Shown: positions 16,950 to 24,841, numbered from the stretch's first letter. The stretch: 64,000 nt of DNA from an uncultured virus (IMG/VR IMGVR_UViG_3300002835_000043) (IMGVR_UViG_3300002835_000043:1-64000), one strand, 5' to 3'. Numbers and translations are program-made. The notes: a model not told the origin generated them from the sequence alone.

Positions 16950-17934
16950 TTATGTAGATGTGATATATGGTTTAGCATGGGGCGATGAAGGCAAGGGAAA
17001 GATTTCTAATGCTCTTGCTCCAAAATATGATTATGTTTGTCGTTGGAACGGTGGACCAAATGCTGGTCACACTGTTTATGTAAATGGACAAAAATTTAAA
17101 ACTCATATTATTCCATCCGGTATCTTTGCAGGTAAGAAGTGTGTAATTGGACCGGGATGTGTAATTAACCCAGATAAATTCTTTGAAGAGATCCGTGGAC
17201 TTCGTGCAGCAGGATTTGATACTTCTCTTATCAAAATTCATCCAAATGCACATATTATCACCGAAGAACATATTGAGTGGGACAAGAAGAATCTTGGTCA
17301 CTTAGGAACAACTTCTCAAGGAATTGCTCCTTGCTATTCAGATAAGATGTTGCGTAGAGGTAGGAGAGCAAAGGAATATTTTATTTCGGAGTGGTTGTGG
17401 GATGGTGAACTATCAGGTAGAGTGCTTTGTGAAGGAGCACAAAGTGTTTGGCTTGATATTGATCATGGTGATTATCCATTCGTAACTAGTAGTTCAACAA
17501 TGCCATACTCTGCATGTTCTCTTGGTTTCTCTCCGAAGAAGATTCGCAGATTGATTGGTGTTGCAAAGGCATATGATACAAAGAGTGGTAAAGATCCACT
17601 CTTCCCCGAAACATTATGGAATGATCCCGTACTGAATCGAATTATTGAGGAGGGTCAAGAATTTGGTTCTACTACGGGTCGTAAACGATTGGTGAATTGG
17701 TTGAACCTTGATAAGTTGAAGAAGTCTATCGTCTTATCGGGTTGTACTGAACTCATCATAAATAAGTGTGATGTTCTCAAGAAGGTTGGAGAATTTAAGG
17801 TCATTCATGGAAATGAATACATGAATTGTACAAGTTTTGCTATGATGTCTGCTTATATTCAAGATACTTTAATGTTTAGTAGTGGTTCGGATTTACATGA
17901 AATTACTTTCTCTGGTGATAAGGAAAGTATTTGA
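16942..17934 (+). CDS. purA: adenylosuccinate synthetase, short form
   Basis: WGDEGKGK, GGPNAGHT, EGAQ, YPFVTSS, EFGSTTGRKR, NKCD. Confidence 0.93.
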   Translation: MIDYVDVIYGLAWGDEGKGKISNALAPKYDYVCRWNGGPNAGHTVYVNGQKFKTHIIPSGIFAGKKCVIGPGCVINPDKFFEEIRGLRAAGFDTSLIKIHPNAHIITEEHIEWDKKNLGHLGTTSQGIAPCYSDKMLRRGRRAKEYFISEWLWDGELSGRVLCEGAQSVWLDIDHGDYPFVTSSSTMPYSACSLGFSPKKIRRLIGVAKAYDTKSGKDPLFPETLWNDPVLNRIIEEGQEFGSTTGRKRLVNWLNLDKLKKSIVLSGCTELIINKCDVLKKVGEFKVIHGNEYMNCTSFAMMSAYIQDTLMFSSGSDLHEITFSGDKESI

Positions 17935-17935
17935 T

Positions 17936-18006
17936 TCCTTTGTGGTGAAACGGTATCACAGGAGACTTTGGATCTCTTTTTCCTAGTTCGAATCTAGGCA
18001 AAGGAA
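17936..18006 (+). tRNA. tRNA-Gln(TTG)
   Basis: tcctttg/caaagga acceptor; ggaga-ctTTGga-tctct. Confidence 0.9.
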
Positions 18007-18010
18007 TTAT

Positions 18011-18083
18011 TCTTGAATAGCTCAGTTGGTAGAGCAGTGAGCTGTTAACTCACGGGTCACTGGTTCGAGTCCAGTTTCAAGAG
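18011..18083 (+). tRNA. tRNA-Asn(GTT)
   Basis: gtgag-ctGTTaa-ctcac. Confidence 0.95.
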
Positions 18084-18086
18084 TTT

Positions 18087-18158
18087 GCCATGTTAGCACA
18101 GTGGTAGTGCAGTGCTTTTGTAAAGCACAGGTCATCGGTTCGAATCCGATACATGGCT
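18087..18158 (+). tRNA. tRNA-Thr(TGT)
   Basis: gtgct-ttTGTaa-agcac. Confidence 0.95.
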
Positions 18159-18162
18159 TTGT

Positions 18163-18789
18163 ATGTTAAATATTAATATTCCACATTTTTATTGTTACAT
18201 GAGAAAAGAACAAATGTATCAACATAAAAATCATGTTGGTGAATTTGTAAAAGTTACTGTATTTGGAGCACAATCTAATCCAGATAGAGCATTACTTTTT
18301 CATGTGATGACTGATGATGGGTTAGTTAGAAGTAGAGTTCCAATTCATATGTTATGCCACAAAGAAAATGCTCCTAATATTCAATTAGATTATTTACAAT
18401 TATGGGATTGTTTTTCTATAAATTGCACAAATATTGTTTATGACTATTTAAAAGGTGCAAGAGCAAAAATAATTCTAAAAGATAAAAAAGAACTTTGGGG
18501 TAATTATATGATGACATTTGATTGGTATGATAATTCATATAGTGACGAACCAACACAATACAAATGTTTACATATGGTTGAATTGGATAATGGTTGTTAC
18601 GCTTTACAACCAAATAATAGAATATATTGGAAACATATGTCTTTTGTTACAAAACCATTTCCACAAAATCCTGATTATAAAGTTGATCATAAAAATTTTA
18701 GATGTGAAGGAACAAGTGATAGATGGATTATTGAAGGAGAAGATGACAGTTATTATTATGATTTGAAAGAGGATAAAGATGGGCGGTAA
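18163..18789 (+). CDS. conserved hypothetical phage protein
   Basis: 208-aa ORF; LQLWDCFS and ALQPNNRI motifs recalled from aquatic phage hypotheticals. Confidence 0.75.
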   Translation: MLNINIPHFYCYMRKEQMYQHKNHVGEFVKVTVFGAQSNPDRALLFHVMTDDGLVRSRVPIHMLCHKENAPNIQLDYLQLWDCFSINCTNIVYDYLKGARAKIILKDKKELWGNYMMTFDWYDNSYSDEPTQYKCLHMVELDNGCYALQPNNRIYWKHMSFVTKPFPQNPDYKVDHKNFRCEGTSDRWIIEGEDDSYYYDLKEDKDGR

Positions 18790-18958
18790 ACATTCAGCAG
18801 GTAAAGGTGATACATATAGACCCGTAGATTGGGAACAATATTCAAAAAATTGGGATGATATTTTTGGAAAAAAGAAAGGTAAATTAAAAAATGAGCAATG
18901 TACAACTAATCGGACTGGTAAGCGGAGAACAAATAATCGCAAAGATCGAACTAATTGA
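18779..18958 (+). CDS. small hypothetical phage protein
   Basis: MGGKHSAGKGDTYRPVDWEQYSKNWDDIFGKK; RBS gagga. Confidence 0.6.
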   Translation: MGGKHSAGKGDTYRPVDWEQYSKNWDDIFGKKKGKLKNEQCTTNRTGKRRTNNRKDRTN

Positions 18959-19202
18959 AAATGTATATTCAATTAAAAATCCAGCAATTATTGTTCCAGT
19001 TGGTAAAGGAGAACTTGCATTAGCCCCTTGGTTGCCGTATACTACGGTAGATCAAACAGGAGTTACGATCAATAAGGAGCGTGTTCTTTTTGTTCTTACT
19101 CCACAACCAGAACTAGCAAATAATTACAATGAAAATTTTGGTAGTGGTCTAATCATTCCAGATAAGACAGTATCAGCACCAAAGTTGTCATTAGTTGAAT
19201 GA
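18891..19202 (+). CDS. Sm-like domain protein of T4-like phages
   Basis: LVSGEQIIAK...PWLPY...FGSGLIIP pattern. Confidence 0.7.
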   Translation: MSNVQLIGLVSGEQIIAKIELIENVYSIKNPAIIVPVGKGELALAPWLPYTTVDQTGVTINKERVLFVLTPQPELANNYNENFGSGLIIPDKTVSAPKLSLVE

Positions 19203-19208
19203 CATCAT

Positions 19209-19282
19209 GCGCTCGTAGCTCAGTTGGATAGAGCAGATGCCTTCTAAGCATCAGGTCGCAGGTTCGAATCTTGCCGAGCGCG
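19209..19282 (+). tRNA. tRNA-Arg(TCT)
   Basis: gatgc-ctTCTaa-gcatc. Confidence 0.95.
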
Positions 19283-19297
19283 TTTAAGGAGTTTATT

Positions 19298-19534
19298 ATG
19301 AATAGTATGGATATTGTTGAAAGACTTAAAGTTGATATTGAGATGTTAAGTATGAGTCCTGATGAAAAAGAGAGACTAATTTCAACTACATTAGAGATGG
19401 CTCTGAATGAAATTCAGCATCTTAGAAAGAAAAATTCAGATAGCGATTATCTTTCTTCATATTTTACTGAATGGCATGATAAAAAGAATGTTAAGAAAAA
19501 TACAATCACCAATATTGATGTTGGAGAGATTTGA
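19298..19534 (+). CDS. hypothetical protein
   Basis: RBS aaggag, ATG 19298. Confidence 0.65.
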   Translation: MNSMDIVERLKVDIEMLSMSPDEKERLISTTLEMALNEIQHLRKKNSDSDYLSSYFTEWHDKKNVKKNTITNIDVGEI

Positions 19535-19908
19535 TCATGTCTGTTTTGGATGAATTAATTTCTGATGCATATCCAATTTGCTTGGAAATGAATCGTCAGA
19601 AGAAGCATGTTTCTTTTGTTCTTTATAAGAATCGTGTTGTTTCTGTTGGTAGAAATGTTTTTAAAACACATCCTCTTGCAAAAGAATATGGATATCAGTT
19701 TAATGAAATGCATTCTGAACTTGATGCATTCCGTAAAATTCCATATAATTTTCGTAGTAAGAAGTTGACTCTTGTAAATGTTAGGTATAATAAGTTTGGG
19801 AAACTACGAATGTCAAAACCATGTGAGCATTGTGCTCCTTGGTGTCAGGAAGTTTTTCATGAAATTTATTACACGACCGATGATGGTGTCGTGAGAATGG
19901 AGTACTAA
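19531..19908 (+). CDS. zinc-dependent deaminase (cytidine/dCMP deaminase superfamily)
   Basis: VSVGRN, HSE, SKPCEHC motifs. Confidence 0.8.
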   Translation: MIMSVLDELISDAYPICLEMNRQKKHVSFVLYKNRVVSVGRNVFKTHPLAKEYGYQFNEMHSELDAFRKIPYNFRSKKLTLVNVRYNKFGKLRMSKPCEHCAPWCQEVFHEIYYTTDDGVVRMEY

Positions 19909-20183
19909 TGTATCGTCTTCATATTGATATTCCAATCAATGCTTCAGAAGAGAAAGCACTTAAGATTTCTCAAGAAATTATTAATTTTGCATTTGATAAT
20001 TTTCAATCTCACGCACTTCTAATGTCTCATGATATTGAAAGTGTAAATTATCGTCTTGGAAATGATTATGATCGTCAGAAGTCTAATTATTTTTCAAAAA
20101 ATGAAAATGGTCATGTAAATAATAAGAAGAGCAAGATTGTTATCAAAACTTCTGAGAATTCTGTTGACTCTGACCAAGAATAA
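19908..20183 (+). CDS. hypothetical protein
   Basis: RBS ggag, TAATG overlap. Confidence 0.65.
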   Translation: MYRLHIDIPINASEEKALKISQEIINFAFDNFQSHALLMSHDIESVNYRLGNDYDRQKSNYFSKNENGHVNNKKSKIVIKTSENSVDSDQE

Positions 20184-20199
20184 GTTATATTACTGATAT

Positions 20200-20271
20200 G
20201 GGATGCATGTGTCGGGTGGCACAGGGTCGCTTATAACGACCTACCGCAGAGTTCGAGTCTCTGGCATCCTA
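20200..20271 (+). tRNA. tRNA-Ile(TAT), atypical D arm
   Basis: gggatgc/gcatcct acceptor, ggtcg-ctTATaa-cgacc, cagag-ttcgagt-ctctg. Confidence 0.85.
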
Positions 20272-20274
20272 CTT

Positions 20275-20835
20275 ATGACAGAAACGCGAAACATTATTGA
20301 TCATTATCATTATTGGAAGCACGAAGCAATTCTTGCGGACCTAGATAAGCGTAGGCATAATTTTACTGTGCTTTGCAGTAATTTGTACAATGATTTTAAT
20401 ATTGCAACGGTGATCAGAAATGCGAATGCCTTTCTTGCAAAGGAGATCATTCTATATGGAAGCAAGCAATATGATAGGCGCGGCACCGTTGGTACTCATA
20501 ATTATAATCGTTTTGTTCATTGTAGGGATGAGCAACAACTCGGATTGAAAATTGAGAACATGATTCGTCAGCACGGTACACTTCGTATCGTTGGTATTGA
20601 TAATGTTCGAAATGCTCGTCCAATTGAAGATTATACTTGGCCAACTAATGAGCATGTCCTTATGGTTTTTGGTCAAGAACAAGTTGGAATTCCACAAGAA
20701 CTTCTTGACAGGTGTGATGATATTTTGTATATTACTCAGTATGGATCTGTTAGAAGTTTGAATGTTGGTTGTGCTTCATCCGTTGCAATGTATGATTATT
20801 GTCGCAAGGTTGAAGCAGGTGTTTTGGCCCCATAG
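20275..20835 (+). CDS. SpoU/TrmH family RNA 2'-O-methyltransferase
   Basis: NIATVIRNANAF, VFGQEQVGI, VRSLNVGCASSVAMY; ATG 20275 just after tRNA-Ile. Confidence 0.9.
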   Translation: MTETRNIIDHYHYWKHEAILADLDKRRHNFTVLCSNLYNDFNIATVIRNANAFLAKEIILYGSKQYDRRGTVGTHNYNRFVHCRDEQQLGLKIENMIRQHGTLRIVGIDNVRNARPIEDYTWPTNEHVLMVFGQEQVGIPQELLDRCDDILYITQYGSVRSLNVGCASSVAMYDYCRKVEAGVLAP

Positions 20836-20898
20836 ATTAACTGGCTAAATTCCCGCCCTTTCAAGGCGGTCATCCGGGTTCGAGTCCCGGTGGGGTCA
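20826..20898 (+). tRNA. tRNA-Glu(TTC), overlapping last codons of the SpoU gene
   Basis: ccgcc-ctTTCaa-ggcgg. Confidence 0.92.
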
Positions 20899-20914
20899 CT
20901 TTAGGATTATAATT

Positions 20915-21376
20915 ATGGGATTTACATCTACATTTTTTGGTCAAGGTCAATTTCCATACACTACCTCATATGAAGGATCTACTTATGTCACACAGGCATA
21001 TACAAATCCTCCAGAATATAAATCTTCACTTTCCATGACTACACAGTTTTCAAATGCAATTAATGGGAATACGGTTGCCCTTGCAGAATATAATAGTACT
21101 TTGTTTACTGGAGAAGCAGTTGGTCTTTGGATTTATAGATTATATTTTGATGGTCAATTAGTTGGTATATATCAAATGTGTGATCAACAATTTTCATTCC
21201 CAGTGACATTTGATCGTGTTGAAGGGTTTTGTATGGGTGTGCCACTCACTCCTGCTATCCCATATCGTGGTACTCCTGAACCTGAGCCATCGCCACCGAT
21301 TCCATCACCAGCGTCTATTGCTATTTTGATTTGTTACACATTTTTTTCTCTACGAAAGAACCCTCGCAATGCATAA
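20915..21376 (+). CDS. PEP-CTERM-like sorted protein
   Basis: C-terminus PEPEPSPPIPSPASIAILICYTFFSLRKNPRNA; no clear signal peptide. Confidence 0.7.
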   Translation: MGFTSTFFGQGQFPYTTSYEGSTYVTQAYTNPPEYKSSLSMTTQFSNAINGNTVALAEYNSTLFTGEAVGLWIYRLYFDGQLVGIYQMCDQQFSFPVTFDRVEGFCMGVPLTPAIPYRGTPEPEPSPPIPSPASIAILICYTFFSLRKNPRNA

Positions 21377-21902
21377 TTCATTACTAGTCTCTACCGTGCT
21401 TACTCTTGCCGCAACGAATGTTTCACAAGCCGCGTTAGTTTCGATTTCACAAATTGTGACCAACAACACCTTGACCACTCAAACTTATGATTTTTCGGCT
21501 TGGAGTGGAATGGGTTCCTCAACGACCCCTGCCTATATGCGAGGTTCAATTAGTATTACTCTTAGTGATTTTAATCGTGATGGTGCAATGCTTTCCTCGG
21601 ACGGTCTTTACCTTGCACAAGTTAACTCGGTGTTAGTGAAAACTATGCCTAATACTCCGTTTACTCTGACTGCTCCTGCTCGCAGTGGTAATTCATATAC
21701 CAATAGTTTTGGTTGGGAATATCTTACAAGTTCACTCTCATCGTCTGATTCTATTGAATTGCGATTGAATTTCCGTTTAACTCCTGGTGATCAGGTCGCT
21801 ATCGCAGGAACTTTTGAAGTTGCTTCTGTCCCTGCACCTTCATCTTTTATGTTGATTGGATGTGCAGGAATTGCTGCACTGTTTGGAAAAAGAAATAAAT
21901 GA
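21369..21902 (+). CDS. secreted PEP-CTERM-like sorted protein
   Basis: Signal peptide ...NVSQA, Ser/Thr-rich beta domain, VPAPSSFMLIGCAGIAALFGKRNK. Confidence 0.85.
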   Translation: MHNSLLVSTVLTLAATNVSQAALVSISQIVTNNTLTTQTYDFSAWSGMGSSTTPAYMRGSISITLSDFNRDGAMLSSDGLYLAQVNSVLVKTMPNTPFTLTAPARSGNSYTNSFGWEYLTSSLSSSDSIELRLNFRLTPGDQVAIAGTFEVASVPAPSSFMLIGCAGIAALFGKRNK

Positions 21903-22993
21903 AAGTAGGATCACTATTTGCAGGTATTGGTGGTTTTGATCTCGGTTTTGAACGAGCAGGATTTGAACTTGCTTGGTCAGTCGAAATTGATCCACATTGT
22001 AGAAAAGTTCTACAAAAGCATTTTCCAAATGCTAAAATTTATTCAGATATCAAGCAAGTAAAGGTTGAAGAACTTGAAAAGGTTGATATCATCTGTGGTG
22101 GATTTCCTTGTCAGGATTTATCGGTAGCAGGTAAGCGTAAAGGTCTTGCTGGAGAAAGGTCAGGATTATTTTATGAAGCAATGCGACTTGTACGGGGAAT
22201 CAATCCCCAGTTCGTCATACTCGAAAATGTGCCAGGATTGTTGTCGAGCAATAAAGGAAGGGATTTCGCAGTCCTCCTCGCTGAAATGGACAAAGGGTGG
22301 GATTGTCAGGAAATCGCATGGAGAGTTCTTGACAGCCAATTCTTCGGAGTGCCCCAACGACGCAAGCGCATCTTTATTGTCGCAAGTTCTCGAATCGGGG
22401 GTGCCGAGCAAGTATTGGCTCTCTCCGAAAGCATGTCAGGGGATTCTACGAAGAGCAAAGACAAGAGGAAAGAACTTACCTCCAGTATTGGAGGAAACAT
22501 TGAAGAGACAAAGTGGTGGGATGGTGGACAACTCTCAGACACCTTAACATCTTCAAGTTTATTTCGTCAACAAGCAGAACCGGATAAGCGTAGAATGTCT
22601 GCAGTATTGGAGCCTATTCCTTACGATTTATTCCAGATTACAGCACCTATCAATAAGCAAACAAGAGTACCGGGTGATCCGTGTCACACTCTTGCTGCTT
22701 CTAATGCAGTTCATGCTGCTATGGTAATGGCAGTTCGTACAGCACAAACAGGAGCAAATGGTCATGGTGTTGCAGAAGAAGTTTCTCACACATTAGATCT
22801 TGCAAATGGTCAAGCAGTTGCTTATAATCTAACAATTCGAAGATTAACACCTTTGGAATGTGAGAGACTACAGGGATTTCCTGATAATTGGACTGATGGA
22901 CAAGCAGATACTACAAGATATAAGCAACTAGGAAATGCAGTTACCGTGAATGTAATTGAATGGTTAGCAAATAATCTGAAAGGAATAATATGA
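21899..22993 (+). CDS. C5 cytosine DNA methyltransferase
   Basis: FAGIGG, GGFPCQD, ENVPG, QRRKRIF, RRLTPLECERLQGFP, YKQLGNAV. Confidence 0.95.
   Translation: MKVGSLFAGIGGFDLGFERAGFELAWSVEIDPHCRKVLQKHFPNAKIYSDIKQVKVEELEKVDIICGGFPCQDLSVAGKRKGLAGERSGLFYEAMRLVRGINPQFVILENVPGLLSSNKGRDFAVLLAEMDKGWDCQEIAWRVLDSQFFGVPQRRKRIFIVASSRIGGAEQVLALSESMSGDSTKSKDKRKELTSSIGGNIEETKWWDGGQLSDTLTSSSLFRQQAEPDKRRMSAVLEPIPYDLFQITAPINKQTRVPGDPCHTLAASNAVHAAMVMAVRTAQTGANGHGVAEEVSHTLDLANGQAVAYNLTIRRLTPLECERLQGFPDNWTDGQADTTRYKQLGNAVTVNVIEWLANNLKGII
22173..22547 (+). CDS. nested out-of-frame ORF inside the methyltransferase gene
   Basis: 124 aa open frame ending LSQVLE...KYWLSPKACQGILRRAKTRGKNLPPVLEETL; purine-rich RBS-like sequence upstream. 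Confidence 0.65.
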   Translation: MKQCDLYGESIPSSSYSKMCQDCCRAIKEGISQSSSLKWTKGGIVRKSHGEFLTANSSECPNDASASLLSQVLESGVPSKYWLSPKACQGILRRAKTRGKNLPPVLEETLKRQSGGMVDNSQTP

Positions 22994-23289
22994 GTGGTAA
23001 AGTAATTTGGAACTATAGAATTATTATGGATGATACTACAGAAGATCCACATGATGCTTGGTATGCTATTCATGAAGTATATTATCTTGATGGGGAACCA
23101 ATTGATCATACCGTAAGTCAGTCAAGTGTTTATGGTGATAGTATTGAAGAGTTGAATAAGTCTCTAGTAAAGATGCGAGAAGCATTCAATCACCCTATCT
23201 TGAAGAAGTCTGATTTTCCACCAATGGATAACTATCGTCGTGAACACTGGATGAAAGCAAGAGAAATGGGAGAATCTTATGAAGGATAA
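22990..23289 (+). CDS. conserved hypothetical phage protein
   Basis: WNYRII...YAIHEVYY motif; RBS aagga. Confidence 0.75.
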   Translation: MSGKVIWNYRIIMDDTTEDPHDAWYAIHEVYYLDGEPIDHTVSQSSVYGDSIEELNKSLVKMREAFNHPILKKSDFPPMDNYRREHWMKAREMGESYEG

Positions 23290-23605
23290 ATTTGAACCAG
23301 ATGCATTTGTTCGTAAGATCATTCTAGATGATCATGAAATTGAAAGTTTGCAAAAAACACTTTATTTTCTAAAGGGTGTCGAACTTGCAACACCAAATTC
23401 ACAATATATGCACAGTGTTATTTCAGAAGTAATTGAGAGTGTTGATTATGTTGTTAGACAGTATTGGAATGCACCAATCGCAACTGAGCAAGATTTTAAA
23501 GATCGAAAAGCACGATATGAAGAACTTGATCTAATTCCAACAGATGAACTTCTGCGTGCTACTCGTCAGTATATGAACAGAATGAAGAAAGGAAAAAACA
23601 AATGA
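23279..23605 (+). CDS. hypothetical protein
   Basis: RBS ggag, operon context. Confidence 0.7.
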   Translation: MKDKFEPDAFVRKIILDDHEIESLQKTLYFLKGVELATPNSQYMHSVISEVIESVDYVVRQYWNAPIATEQDFKDRKARYEELDLIPTDELLRATRQYMNRMKKGKNK

Positions 23606-23766
23606 TCGATAAGAAGCATGAACTCCGTCGTAGACGCAAGCGTAAGTATGAATCTCGCCGTCGTAGAAAGCAAGAGCAACTTCTAAATGCAAAGAAGGAA
23701 ACTCTTCGTAAGTTGGATGCTATTGGTCGTTGTCCTGCTTGGATCAAGGCTGAGAAGGGTATTTGA
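23602..23766 (+). CDS. small Arg-rich protein (54 aa)
   Basis: MIDKKHELRRRRKRKYESRRRRKQEQLLNAKK...; ATGA overlap, RBS aagga. Confidence 0.7.
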   Translation: MIDKKHELRRRRKRKYESRRRRKQEQLLNAKKETLRKLDAIGRCPAWIKAEKGI

Positions 23767-23772
23767 TTTACT

Positions 23773-23846
23773 GGTCGGGTACTCAAGTGGCTTAAGAGAA
23801 CGGATTGCAAATCCGTGATTCGTGGGTTCAAATCCCACCTCGACCT
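23773..23846 (+). tRNA. tRNA-Cys(GCA)
   Basis: acgga-ttGCAaa-tccgt, U73. Confidence 0.93.
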
Positions 23847-23849
23847 TGC

Positions 23850-23920
23850 GCGTGTATGATGTAGTGGTAACATATTAGATTTCCAATCTTATCTCGTGAG
23901 TTCGAATCTCACTACACGCT
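23850..23920 (+). tRNA. tRNA-Gly(TCC)
   Basis: gcgtgta/tacacgc acceptor; ttTCCaa loop; one mismatch in anticodon stem. Confidence 0.88.
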
Positions 23921-23921
23921 T

Positions 23922-23929
23922 TATAAATA
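23922..23929 (+). promoter_or_regulatory. T4-type late promoter
   Basis: TATAAATA directly upstream of the tmRNA acceptor piece. Confidence 0.7.
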
Positions 23930-23934
23930 ATCTT

Positions 23935-24165
23935 TGATATCGTTGATCTTCAATGAAAGACAATCAGGACAGGGGTTCGATTCCCCTCGGCTCCACTTGA
24001 CGGGGCTGTACAGGTATTCGACTGGTGTTTAGTAAGGAAAAGGGAGATATTCGGGACAGGCAACGAGTCTCGTTAAAAAATAGTTGTAAACAATAATTGC
24101 TAACGAACTAGCAATGGCTGCTTGAAGCAGTGGGGAATGATTCACCCGCATCTGAACGAATCACG
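23935..24165 (+). ncRNA. ssrA: circularly permuted (two-piece) tmRNA, tag ANELAMAA
   Basis: 3' half ggac-agggg-ttcgatt-cccct-cggctcca (to 23995) precedes 5' half ggggctg...ttcgac (from 24002); G3:U70; tag frame 24099-24125; outer ends approximate. Confidence 0.9.
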
Positions 24166-24198
24166 ATTTGCAGTCAGAAATGATTGCAAATCATTTTG
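24166..24198 (+). terminator. intrinsic terminator after tmRNA
   Basis: gatttgcagtca-gaaa-tgattgcaaatc then tttt. Confidence 0.75.
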
Positions 24199-24207
24199 GA
24201 GGACTTT

Positions 24208-24363
24208 ATGAATAATGAACAATTACTTGCAATGTGTGATGAATTAAAAAATATTAGAGCAAATATTGCTCATCAACTTTCAAGAATTTCTGCAATTGAA
24301 AGAGTAGTAACAGATATTCTTTCTCCAAAGGAAGAAGTAAAAAATGAAGAACCTCAAAATTAA
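24208..24363 (+). CDS. small hypothetical protein (51 aa)
   Basis: RBS ggagg; MNNEQLLAMCDELKNIRANIAHQ. Confidence 0.65.
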   Translation: MNNEQLLAMCDELKNIRANIAHQLSRISAIERVVTDILSPKEEVKNEEPQN

Positions 24364-24640
24364 ATTTTGCATTTTAATGTTTTGTTTACTTTCTGGTTGT
24401 ACTCTAAAGAGAGTTTACTATCCTGCTTATGTTGTTGGTTATGACATGTATGGAAATCCAATTTATTATTATGATTATTATTATGTTAATTTGGATGATC
24501 CTAATAGTGCAAAAAATGCACAGCCATATATTATTCAACAGCCACCAGTTCAACAAATTGTAGTTCAACAAACACCACAACAAACTCAACAGACTGAAAA
24601 GAATAGTGGTAAATCTTGGGATTGTAATTGCAATCATTGA
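24344..24640 (+). CDS. putative lipoprotein
   Basis: Basic N-terminus, hydrophobic stretch, lipobox LSGC; Tyr- and Gln-rich body. Confidence 0.7.
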   Translation: MKNLKIKFCILMFCLLSGCTLKRVYYPAYVVGYDMYGNPIYYYDYYYVNLDDPNSAKNAQPYIIQQPPVQQIVVQQTPQQTQQTEKNSGKSWDCNCNH

Positions 24641-24665
24641 AGTTTATGGTATAGTACTAATACAT

Positions 24666-24739
24666 GGGACGGTAGACCAATCGGCAGAGTCAATAGACTT
24701 AAAATCTGTGTAGTGTGGGTTCGAGTCCCACCCGTCCTA
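24666..24739 (+). tRNA. tRNA-Leu(TAA), short variable loop
   Basis: ataga-ctTAAaa-tctgt; body nearly identical to Leu(CAA). Confidence 0.9.
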
Positions 24740-24763
24740 CTTAACTAAATAGATTACTGTACT

Positions 24764-24836
24764 GGGCAAATAGCTCAATTGGGAGAGCGTCGCCTTTGCA
24801 AGGCGAATGTTGCGGGTTCGAGTCCCACTTTGTCCA
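24764..24836 (+). tRNA. tRNA-Ala(TGC)
   Basis: G3:U70; tcgcc-ttTGCaa-ggcga. Confidence 0.93.
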
Positions 24837-24841
24837 CTCTT

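Noticed and set aside
16942..17934. PurZ and a 2-aminoadenine (Z) genome
   Set aside because: Keeps PurA-type GDEGKG Asp, TTGR and NKCD; PurZ has Ser at the first site and altered nucleotide-specificity residues
20203..20274. N-terminal extension of the SpoU ORF
   Set aside because: Lies within tRNA-Ile(TAT); ATG 20275 is the more plausible start
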